Assembly (NCBI GenBank): GCA_951406725.2
Contig: OX597817.1
Location: 123,690,001-123,754,000 of the forward strand
Length of the DNA stretch: 64,000 bases
Direction: 5' to 3'
Source: Octopus vulgaris
Lineage: Eukaryota
Of the stretch, positions 52,250 through 64,000 are shown piece after piece. A program made the translations under genes and the position numbers. The notes below the pieces were generated by a model that worked only from the letters and a program-made list of their open reading frames with translations, did no database searches and was not told where the DNA came from. Within the stretch, counting starts at the first letter, position 1. Each line of letters begins with the position of its first letter.

Positions 52250-52980
52250 CATTCAAATAAATGGGAAAACAATGAGAACTGCTGATGCATCCACTTTTAC
52301 AACATGAATAAAATGATTCTTGGAAGGAAAAAGGTTTATGACTTGGGGTTATTTTTGCAGAGAGTTTCTAAAATCTTATTTAATAGAGTATTGGCTAATA
52401 TTCTTTAATGTCTGATTCATATTTTGGAAGAGATATAAGGAAGATCATACAAAATTTCAAAAATTATTCACTAGCATTCATGAATCATTCAACTTCACAA
52501 TGGAAATTAATCAAAGAGAACTTCCATTTCTGGATATTCTGATGATTAAGGAAAATCAGATTATTACAGCTGATCTCTACCACAATGAAATGGATATACA
52601 CTAGTAATTAGATTTACTATTCAACCTATATTAAAAGAAATATCCCATTTAATATAATAAATTATATATGTGCAGTAGTTATAGATTCAACTAGAAGTGA
52701 AAGAGAACTGGAAGAACTGAAAGTATTCCTCCAATGACAAAAATAGCCAAAACACTTAATAAACAATGGCATGACAAAAGGGAAAAAAAAACATCAAAAT
52801 ACTTGACTTACAAGAAATTCTCACAATGTAAGAAAAGACAGAAATAGAAGCATCCCATTTGTAGACATCTGTAACATCATGCATTCTACCATTCATTGTG
52901 TTCCAGTTCTACATATGTCACCATTTTTTAGCAAGGCAATTGAAAAATTACAAGTTATTAGCAATGCAAGACAACCATTG
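52250..52980 (+). pseudogene. Decayed Penelope-like RT fragment
   Basis: FTMEINQRELPFLDILMIK...TADLY...KRNIPF. Confidence 0.7.
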
Positions 52981-52997
52981 TTTTTAAAAAAAATTTA

Positions 52998-53401
52998 GGT
53001 GCAGGAGTGGCTGTGTGGTAAGTAGCTTGCTTACCAACCACATGGTCCTGGGTTTAGTCCCACTGTGTACCACATTGGGCAAGTGTCTTCTACTATAGCC
53101 TCGGGCCGACCAAAGCCTTGTGAGTGGATTTGGTAGATGGAAACTGAAAGAAGCCCATTGTATATATATATATACATATACATATATGTATGTGTGTGTG
53201 TATTTATGTGTTTGTGTTTGTCCCCCTAACATCACTTGACAACCGATGGTAGGATGTTTAGGTCCCCATAACTTAGCGGTTCGGCAAAAGGAACTGATAG
53301 AATAAATACTAGACTTACAAAGAATATGTCCTGGGGTCAATTTGCTCGACTAAAGACGGTGCTCCAGCATGGTCAAAGTCAAATGATTGAAACAAGTAAA
53401 A
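52998..53401 (+). mobile_element. SINE family A
   Basis: Full-length match. Partial copies also at 47945-48112 and 50505-50635. Confidence 0.9.
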
Positions 53402-54289
53402 ACAGTAACCATCAAATTTACAGCAGAAAAAGAAATTAGATGAGTAACAAATTGTGAAGACCTTTCAGAAGGCAGGACCACTTTTGCATATGGATCATCT
53501 GAATCATGGCTGAACTTATACTAAAGGATACCAGCAACAATCTGTATCATGAGTAAATGAATGACATCAATATTCCTAATTAGCAGCACTAATCATGAGT
53601 GAATGATGATCATTGTTTGTGGTTACATTGGAGACAATATTCAACTGGTACTTATTTCATTCACTCCGAAAGGATGAGTGGTAACTTGACATCAGTGGAA
53701 TTTGAACTTAGATGAAATGCCACTAAGCATTTTGCTTAATGATTCTGTTACCTCAGCACCATAATCATGCATATATATCACTGACATATTATATGTGCTC
53801 ATGAACACCCACACAAATATGTGTGTGTTGCCTGATTGAAATAGCATTTGAATTTTCTGGAATAATACTCTATCATTAATTATAAAAACAATAATATATT
53901 GAACAAATGTCATTATTATAAACATCATTTTATGCCTACTTTTTCATGCTGGTATGAGTTGGAAAGGTCATCACAGTCAAAATCATTTCCTATAGCACTG
54001 TTAGGTGAATCAGAAATTTTGAGATGGTTTCCCAGTATGGCTGCAACCTAGTGATAAAAGATAGAAGACATTAAGAATTTTTACTAAAACAGTGTGGGTG
54101 AAATTTTGGATAAAATGCTATAAGAGGAATAGCATTTCAAATTCATAAAATGAGTCTTATTACACAGTCATATTAATTCTGCTTGAGGTTTAGGTCACAG
54201 ATATGTGTATTAGTATGATATCCAGCCACTTATGTTCTCAGTCAATGGATTAGAGGTTTCATTGATCAATCAAATGAAATACTTATTCA

Positions 54290-54995
54290 AAACACAGTGC
54301 TAAAATTGCCAAGAAGGCTGAGGTTGTCTTGGTATCACTCACCAAGTCTTTTGTGAGCTGTTCTCTGGCTATATATCTGCAGCTTTATATAGCTATGGTG
54401 CAACTTCACTTGGAATTTGCATCACCGGTCTGGAACCCCTATCTTGCCCAGGATATTAATCGTCTGGATGCCGTTCAGCAATGTGCAACCAAGAGAATAC
54501 CCTCCATCAGGCACTTGCCATATTCTTAACGCCTTACTTCCCTGGGCATGGATACATTGAAACTCTGATGTCTTGCAGCTGACTTGGCAGACACCCATAA
54601 AATTATTAACCATCTTACAAACAATAACTCTGAGCACCTTTTCAAACTCCACCTATCTAACACCCGTGGACATGTTTACAAAGTCAGAAAACAGCACGGC
54701 TCCCATGACTTTCAGAAACATTTTTCCACACTAAGAGTTGCTGAAGCATGGAACAAACTGCCGGCATCAGTTGTTAGTTGTCGGAGCACTGCATCCTTCA
54801 AAACTTCCATGCTTCCTGAGATTCACCAACACTACACCTGATTTTCTCCCCTCCATACACATGCAAGCATGTATCTGACTCATACACTGTTCACTTTCCA
54901 GACATTTGTACATTACTGCATATTCTTTATATGCACTTTTGACAAGTTGTGGTGCACCTGAGCACTGCATACAACAATTTCATTATTATTATTAT
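54290..54995 (+). mobile_element. CR1-clade LINE 3' end
   Basis: LYIAMVQLHLEFASPVWNPY...LDAVQQCATK...NTRGH...RVAEAWNKLPASVV...SFK, with (ATT)n tail. Confidence 0.9.
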
Positions 54996-56346
54996 ATATA
55001 AAATCAAAATTGATGGAATAGTTATAAAGTTATTATTTGTGAGAAGATTAATTTGGGTTAGAATTCAAGTTAATTAGAACGGGGATCCTGCTTAAAGTTT
55101 TTTTCCACTCCTCTTACTCATGTTGTTTCATAGGTATAAAACATAAGACATTCTATAACAGAAAATAGTGTGATTTTACAAATATTGAAATCATACAGTA
55201 GATGTGGTTTCGTTTATAAGAAACAAATAAATAAATTGAAAAAAAAGACCCCAAACATGTAGCTTATACATTCTATGTATTACATGTTATCTACAGCTGG
55301 ATCTCCTTCCTTTCCATCAGCCACTTTACACAGAGTAACGAGCTCCTTTTATCATGTCAACAGCACATGATGTAGTGCTACATCTATGAAAAAGCAGAAT
55401 GGTCAGAGATGGAAGAGATTTTATTAATACCAGGGCTAAACTGGGGTTAAATGACAACACTTCTGTGAAAAAGTGAATATCATTACTTCATATACACTCA
55501 CCCACTCTTAATCTTACATCACAGATTTTTGTGTTTACAAATTTCGCTCAATGGTTTTTTTTCTTTTCAAGTTATTTTTCTTTCGCAGAAGAAATAATAT
55601 AAAAGATATCCAATGATGCAATGCTTTGTAATAAATATTAAATGGTTTGTTCTCTTATTTTCTTCCATTGCATTTGTTTAAGGCCTTAGAAAAAAAGAAA
55701 AAAAGAAAAAGATTTATCACGTCAGAATTTTGTGATATGTTTCTTTTATATTTTTAATGCAAACTTTTCTGTCTTTATCTATATGGAAGCTTGGATAAAA
55801 ATAATCTTACAGTTGTTCTCTTTGTATATTAACTCCCCTTTTTTATCTGAATTATATTATTTAATTTACTTATATTTTTTTTTTTACTTTTGTGATTCCC
55901 TCTTCTATTAACTTTTTATTCTTTTTCAATATCAATGTTTTTTCCTGTAGATAGTGAGAAAAAGTATTTCTCCTCCCTCATTTGTTTCTATATTTTTATC
56001 CACTTTACTGTGTGTTTTTCATCGGAATATCTTTTTTATATTTTCAATTTCCTTCTGTATTAAATTTTTATTTTCAATGCAAGGACTTTTATTGGTAAGA
56101 AAGCAGGGGATTCTATATTTTTATTAAGTTTGTCTTTTATATTTTTGGCTTGAATTATATATTTTATTTCATTTTATATTATTAAAGTTTTGTAATTTTT
56201 CTTCCAATAAATTTTATTTATTTATTTTTGTCATTATGTCAATTTTCTGCTCATGCCAAATATTAAAAAAAAACTCTTCTTGTGACAAATAAATCCCCTT
56301 GATATCTACCTGATCAATACAATATATTTTGACAGAAGATTTTCAA

Positions 56347-56392
<46 letters not shown>

Positions 56393-56423
56393 GAGTGATC
56401 TTTTGCCAAAATTTGAAACGAAT

Positions 56424-56455
<32 letters not shown>

Positions 56456-56486
56456 GGATAATAAAACAATGAAAATATTTTCAAAT

Positions 56487-56597
56487 ATGCATACATGCAC
56501 ACACACAAATATGAATATAAATATAAGAATATGTATATATTAGTATATATAAATATATATCCAAATCCATATCTATGAACCAATACATATGTATATG

Positions 56598-56649
<52 letters not shown>

Positions 56650-56758
56650 GCATATACATATGTATTGGTTCATAGATATGGATTTGGATATATATTTATA
56701 TATACTAATATATACATATTCTTATATTTATATTTATATTTGTGTGTGTGCATGTATG

Positions 56759-56762
<4 letters not shown>
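56487..56762. repeat. Near-perfect inverted duplication centred on (TA)n
   Basis: Arms of about 110 bp (56487-56598 and 56650-56762) with about 2 mismatches. Confidence 0.92.
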
Positions 56763-56803
<41 letters not shown>

Positions 56804-56810
56804 TATATAC

Positions 56811-56857
<47 letters not shown>

Positions 56858-56870
56858 CATATATATATAC

Positions 56871-56923
<53 letters not shown>

Positions 56924-56998
56924 CACACACATGTGATATGTATAATATATATATAAAATATATATATTCTTTTTTCTTTCTTTCCATATATATATATG

Positions 56999-57029
<31 letters not shown>

Positions 57030-57075
57030 GCACATATATATGTATATATATATATATATATACGTATGTGCATGT

Positions 57076-57114
<39 letters not shown>

Positions 57115-57200
57115 TATACAGCTATATAGATATATATATATGCATGCATACATATACATACACACATACAAACACAGTTATATATACATGCACACATACA
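56763..57200. repeat. Compound (TA)n/(CA)n low-complexity tract
   Basis: Direct reading. Source of the long Y/I ORFs. Confidence 0.95.
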
Positions 57201-57469
57201 CACACATATGATGTCTAAATTAGGCATCTGCAATAGGAATGCCAGCTTATCCAAATTTTGCACCTGTATTAAATTAAGCCATACATGAAGCCTGGCTATA
57301 AAAGGAGAGGTAGGAAGAAAATTGATATCCTTAATCCAATTTTCCAGTCGTAAATTTCTAGGATTTTGCTGCAGGCAAATATCCATATTCAATGGAATTT
57401 ATATATTTTTATACATAGAGCTGCTTTTGTGAGAAACTAAATTTAAAATCCTTTCAGCAGAATTTGCTC

Positions 57470-57546
<77 letters not shown>

Positions 57547-57885
57547 CGTGTGTGTGTGTATATATATACATATACATATACATATTACATATAGACATAT
57601 GCACATACACACACAGATATATATATACATATTTGTGTGGGTGTTCATGAGCACATATAATATGTCAGTGATATATATGCAAGATTAAGGTGCTGATGTA
57701 ACAGAATCATTAGTGTGCGGGGCAAAATGCTTAGTGGCATTTCATCTAAGTTCAAATTCCACTGATGTTGAGTTACCTTTCATCCTTTCGGGGTGAATGA
57801 AATAAATACCAGTTGAAGATTGTGGCTAATGTAATTATTTCCATCACCACCCTAAGAATGTGGGACTCACATTTAAAATTATCAT

Positions 57886-57932
<47 letters not shown>

Positions 57933-58056
57933 TGATAAGTTTTGCATATATGTTAATATGTATATATATATATCATCATCATCATGATGCATGAATATGT
58001 ATAATATATATGTGTGTATGTATGTGTGGATGTATATAAATGCATATGCATATATA

Positions 58057-58114
<58 letters not shown>

Positions 58115-59167
58115 ATATATATGTATATATATACACACACATAGATATACATATAAATATACACATATGTGTGTGTATGAGTTGGGAGGGATATATCATC
58201 CAGGTAGATACTGCCAGATTATGGGTGTTCACTTCACTGGATGGTAATATTGTCAGGTGTATATATTAGCAATAATTATAATGATATGTACATATATATA
58301 TATTCACACATACACATATGTGAGAAAAACAGCACCATGACACAATTCATTCTGCCAGAAATTTGGAAACAACATGCTGTACTGCTTGGCATTTGCACCA
58401 GAAGATCCAAAATGAACATTTTAGTGTGTCAATCTAAGGACAGTGCAAGCTGAGGACATGTACTGAGAGTGATAAAAATCAAACATCTAGTCAGCATCAT
58501 GGTGGTGGTAAGTAGACTGAATAAATTGTGCTTTTTGAAGGAGATGCGATATGACAAAATCATGTCTCTAGTTGCCACCGTAGCTATCAATAATCAAATA
58601 TATGCTCCCTTTATCTGCTCATGAAGGCATTACATGTCTATTTATATATGTATGGTTGCAGGAAACATTGTTTTATAAAGTAGTGTAAGATATAAATATA
58701 TATCTATTTTAATATGTACTAAATTTATTTTTAGTTTTCATTTTGTCAATATTTCTGATACATTTTATTATGTACTTTAAATTCGGTATAATTTGATTTA
58801 ATATTAATATTTTTGGGCAGTTTATAGGCTTCTCAAAAAATATTTTTTAGCTACATCAAGTAGTATGTATTAATATTATTTTGATTACCCATATTTCTAT
58901 TTTAACTTGAATGATAAGTTTGAAAGACTGAGCACTTTAAATGTAGGTGTCCACAACCAGAGTGATGATATTTGAAAATCCTGATACTTCAACAGTTTAT
59001 GCTAATCTTTGCTATATGAAATGTAATGTTAGAATATATATTTTCTTCATTGCCTGTGAATGAAGGCATTACATAGATATTTACATGCATATGGCTGTGA
59101 GAGAAATAGTTCTATGTCCAACGCAAAGTAAAAATATTAATTTTATTATATATATATCATCATCATC

Positions 59168-59202
<35 letters not shown>

Positions 59203-60295
59203 AGAATATGTATATGTACGTATATATATATATATATATAAATATGCATACACACATATATATACACATGTATATATATCAGTTAATATATGCAATATAA
59301 AGATACAAGCTTCTAATAGTTTCATGCATTGGAGAGGCGAGTTTCGGCAGGTTGTCATGCCTTGTATCTCTAAGCAATTTTTGGGCTCTCTTCATAGATT
59401 GGTGACAGAAGCATGTTATAAAAAGCAGTGTAGATTTACCTTTCTAATACATGAAACTATCAGCAGCTTGTATCTTAACACTGAGTGCATTAAATATTTA
59501 TCTCTCACTGGAAGGAGTACATTTTTTGCTGGTCTTACCTTAATGGATCAGCAAACTACATATGAATATATACATAATAGAGTATAGGAGCACTCCATTG
59601 ATTACAATGATGAGGGTCGCAACTGATATGATCAATGGAACAGCTTGCTCATGAACTAAACTTACAAGTGACTGAGCATTCCACAGACACATGTACACTT
59701 AACCTAGTTCTTAGGGAGGTTCAGCGTGACACAGAATGTGATGAGGCTGGCCTTTTCGAAGTACAGGTACTACTCATTTTTGCCAGCTGAGTGGACTGGA
59801 GTAATGTGAAATAAAGTGTCTTGCTCAAGGACAAAACGTGTCTCTGGGAATTGAACTCATGACCTTATGATCGTGAGCTGAATGCCCTAAGCACTAGGCC
59901 ACGTGCCTATACGTATTCACACACACACACACACACACACACATATGAGTAATATAAGATGTAAATTCAGAGAATCATACAGCTATCACAATCAGCTCCA
60001 CTTAAAGACTTTCATTATTTAGAGTTCACTAAATGAAGTATAAGTCATGCACTGGGATTGATGTTTTTCTTTCTCACATTTTCTTTCCATCTGTGTGTGT
60101 CCCTCTTTCTCAGAAAGAAATCAGTTATTGTAAGATCTGAGGAGAGATAGGCTCTACCAGATATAAAAATGTTCCAAGATTTTATATTTATCATGGCAAC
60201 TCGACAATTCCATTAAGGCAGGCAAAGGCAAAGGCATTATATTCTTTCTGTATTTGTTTATAAAATTCTGTAAATATATGTTAATGTATGTTTAG

Positions 60296-60495
60296 CACTT
60301 CCGTTATTAACTTGCATATGAATTATGATACAATCTTTGTTTTTTTAAAGTGATTAAAATCAAAACCTCCCATCAAGATTTCATGTTTATTTATGTTCCA
60401 AATGTAACACATTTATTTTGCTAACTTCTTTATTATTTTCATAATTTATTGAAATGAAACCTATGTATTTCATCGAAAATATGGTAGCAAAAGTG
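60296..60495. mobile_element. piggyBac-like MITE, diverged copy of 11005-11225
   Basis: TTAG and TTAA flanks. Shared CCATCAA.ATTT.ATG and TTGAAAT...AAATA..GTA..AAAG.G segments. Confidence 0.55.
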
Positions 60496-62519
60496 TTAAA
60501 TACCTGTGTATGTATATATATAAAGTGATTTTTACCAGTCTGTATAGTTTGAACATTTAGTTCACCTTGCACTTTACTTCAATAGAGAAGTCTATATCCA
60601 AGGGTTTGAACATTTTTTCAACCAATATATCCCTCTTTATTTGTTCTCTACTTATTATTTCTTTACCCCTTCTCTTCCTGGGGTCTGCCTTTGACGTCGG
60701 ACATACTAACGGATTTTTAAAAAATACTTAATAGCGTTCTGTTTATCATTTATGCAGTCATCAAAATTGTTATAATGTCTTGTTGTTGAGATAGGTTCTC
60801 TTTCTTTCCTGATGAGAAGATTACATTATTTTACACCATTTATTCCTTTGGAATAAAACCAATGTTGCCTTTGAAACATATGTAGAAAGTAAAGGAATTT
60901 GAATAACACCTGCATTCAACTCCATTTATTTACTTATACTATACAAATTACTGCACATTAACCCGGAGTTTCTACCTTTGAATAGGTCACTTCATCCGTG
61001 TTACTTGCAAGAATTTTGCTACCCTGGTTACTGTTTATTGAATTTTCCATGTTAACGGTAAACAAAGGATAATTCATTCATCCATTTACATATATATATA
61101 TATAAAAAAATGGGAAATGGACGTTAAATGATGATATGATGATGATGATGATGATGATGACAATGTGTATGTGCATGTGTGTGTGTGTGCACACGTATGT
61201 CTGAGTGCATGTGTGTGTGCATGTGAGCCACTTTTGGCTGAGACAATTGCATGCATTTCATCATTTCAGGGTCTTCTAAGAACAGAGTTTAGACCCTTGT
61301 TTTAGACCCTACACAAGATAAACTATTTGGGTTCACCTGGCTAATGAACTCTAGGTAAACAACGAGAATATGATGAATCAATGAGTGGTCCTCTACATGT
61401 TTGCCTAACCTGCTCGGAACAGCAGACAAATTTCCCTCCATCTTACATTCACCATATCTCCAAATAGTTGTGAGGTGAAATTCTTTGGTTAGAAGGCTGC
61501 TCAATGAGAGGTGTCCAGTCGCTGAACAATTACAAGAATACAAGTACAACAATGACAATACGTTATGAAGTCTTCAGGGTAGTAACTCAGCAAGTTAAGT
61601 ACAGTTGTGCATATTATCTTATTCTCATTTCACTCTCTTCAGTGCAAGAAAAAAGTACTTTCTTTCTGATGTTGCTTCACAATTCATTTCACATTTGTGT
61701 TGTGTTTTAACCTTTATACTGACAATTGACTCAACACTGCTGAAGACATCTTTGGTCCAATTTATTCTTCCTTAGAAACTCAAGGTTTCATATCTGAAAA
61801 CAAAATCAATATCTTCATCTTTACAAATGAAGATGTTAAAATAGATTAATTCTTGCTTTGTTCACATTTAAATAATTTAAGATTCTCTTCTTGTAACTTG
61901 GTCAACAAACGTCATATGTGGTATATATTAAAAAGTGTCATCAAATAAGAATAACAGCTGTTTTTTATCATATGTTTTGAAAATCATCATTCAAAGTGAT
62001 AAATAAAATTTCTTCCATCGTTGTCTAAGAAGTATTCATACACATTCATTTATTTTTATTGTTGTTGTTATTTTGTTGTTGTTGTTGTTGTTGTTATTGG
62101 TGGTGGTGTTTAACTCAATTCAGATATATGTTAGGAAGTCTGTTTCTTTTATCTTGCATCATTTTATAATTTGTGAACAACATCATCATTGCTGCCAAGA
62201 TTCCAATTAACCCATCTCTGGTTCACTATCTTTGTGACAGTGACGGGGATACAGGAGTATTTGTAACTTAGTGTGCTTTGTTCAAAGAGCCTTTCTTGTT
62301 TACATCTTTCATTGATTTGCACTGGGTAAAGATATAGATATACATATATAGTATATGTGTTTGTGTGTGCATGCGTGTATCATGTATGTTAAGTACCTGT
62401 CTGCACACAAACATACATGCACAAACTTTGGACCACTCTCTTTTGAATAACACATACTACATACTGGTCGGCACCTTTCAGTACAATGTGCCTTGAGTTA
62501 TATATCAAAAGTCTTACCC

Positions 62520-62780
62520 TTAGCTCATTTGAGGTATTCCCTTTCGCTCCCTCATTCACTCATGCTCTTGTTTGATAGAGCTGGGGTCCCAGAAGTGTTA
62601 ATAGCATTAATCGTCCCGAAGCCAACCAGTTTCATCAGTGCCTGCCATTGTTGGCAGTCCTTTGCCAGCCCCTCTGTATCCTCCAAGATTATGTTGAGCT
62701 TGTGAAGATATTTCTAAATCATGTCCAGCCATCTAGTGCAGGAGCTGCGACAAGGCTTATCATGGAGCCTTCCATGGGAC
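62520..62780 (-). mobile_element. RTE LINE 3' end
   Basis: RWLDMI*KYLHKLNIILEDTEGLAKDCQQWQALM. Confidence 0.6.
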
Positions 62781-62967
62781 CTGCCACAGAGTCTGCCACA
62801 GACCCAGATATGAATTATCTGACAGAGAGCAAAGGACATTTCCCTTATCCCATTTTATTTTAAAATTTTAAAATTATGCATATTGCTAATGGCCAAAACT
62901 CTTTGTAATGATTTTCCCTATATGTAAAATCTTTAATGGTTGATCAAAGCAGATAGGAATAAACTAT

Positions 62968-63012
62968 ACTATGCTGATGAGGTCAAATAAGTCCAAAACA
63001 TGCTCACAGTTG
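62968..63012 (+). ncRNA. Degenerate minimal type I hammerhead-like motif
   Basis: ACTATG-CTGATGA-GGTC-AAATAA-GTCC-AAAA-CATG-CT-CACAGT. Homologous to 825-875. Confidence 0.45.
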
Positions 63013-64000
63013 TCCCCTTACTTTTTAACAAAAACCAGATTTTCTTTTAAGGCACGAAAATTAATTTTATAAAATTAAGTATTTATTTATCTAAATTATC
63101 TCCCATTTTCTTTGACAGTTGCTAACAATTCATTCTAAAAGTTTATCTTCTTCCTCAACTAAAAAAAAAATTCACTTACATCATTCAATACATCATACCT
63201 TAAACTAATTTTAATAGAAAACAATTGACCAGAGTACTGCACAGTGACATCAAATCTAGACCCATGTAGATGTGGTTCAGACTTTTTAACTACATAGTTA
63301 TGACCACCATGTATTTTCATATATCTCATACTATATCGTCCAATGCATACAAATTTTATGACATGACCAGCACATCTCATTTTTAGTCACAGCATATATT
63401 GGACAATATTATTCATGTCCTTCTTTTTTAAAGATAATAGGATGTGAAATTGAGGGAGATTTAGTTGATATTTCTGCCTTGGATAGGCTACACCAACCTG
63501 AGTCAATTTCAATAATTATAATACACCATACCCAAGTCAAAATAAATCAATATTAAAAACAAAACTAAATTTGTAGAAATATTAAAATTTCATACATATT
63601 CAGGAGATAAATCATGCAAGGGTTTGATTCTAGCTCTCCATGTCTTCAACAACATAGATAACTGTTCTTGTTTTAATTGTTGCTGTTCTTTTTTGTTATT
63701 TCTTAGCTCCAGATCAACTCTATTCAAACAACCCTATTATGATCAAAGGCATACTAGATGTGATGTTGGTTTTTTTCCTTCGGCTATATTATCATATGTG
63801 ACCTGTAATGCCTTAAACATAAGTAGAGTGCGAATAGAGAAATATGTAATTGCTATTCATACTGATATCCTTCATGGTTTTAGCTTACTGTATTTCACTG
63901 AAAACAGTATTATGTGTATTCTTTTATGTAACAGAAAGTTATATCTGAGGTTAAAACAATAAGAAAATTTGTAATACATTTTTTAGTATATAAAATTTGC

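Noticed and set aside
56670-57392. 240-aa ORF and other Y/I/C/V/L-rich ORFs
   Set aside because: Stop-free translations of TA, TG, TATC, ATT and GAA microsatellites.
58621-59115. ~50-bp diverged direct repeat starting ATGAAGGCATTACAT
   Set aside because: Too short and AT-rich to interpret as an LTR or TSD.
61700-61810. Strong minus-strand acceptor TTTTGTTTTCAG
   Set aside because: All three downstream frames stop within a few codons.

Overview
This is AT-rich, microsatellite-dense animal DNA, intergenic or intronic. The tRNA-derived SINE families suggest an octopod cephalopod, which is an inference from repeat sequences only. I cannot support any intact host gene, and most ORF-track entries are translated microsatellites. 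The window is a mosaic of decayed mobile elements. LINEs: R4/Dong (in TAA repeats), RTE, CR1, and a Tx1/L1-type 3' end found twice in GA/GATA microsatellites. Also present are Penelope-like elements (PLEs), two mariner relics, hAT, Tc1-like and piggyBac-like MITEs, and at least four SINE families. The most interesting signal is a set of hammerhead-ribozyme (HHR)-like motifs. (i) Two sequence-unrelated ~330-bp foldback insertions with target-site duplications (TSDs) each carry minimal HHR folds with compensatory non-canonical cores (G3:C8 and U3:A8). (ii) A ~1.3-kb locus has a type I HHR fold with a 16-nt stem I between two direct repeats, antisense to a decayed GIY-YIG endonuclease frame with no reverse transcriptase (RT) upstream. 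(iii) Several more decayed PLE-type HHR copies occur elsewhere. All structures and translations were derived by eye.
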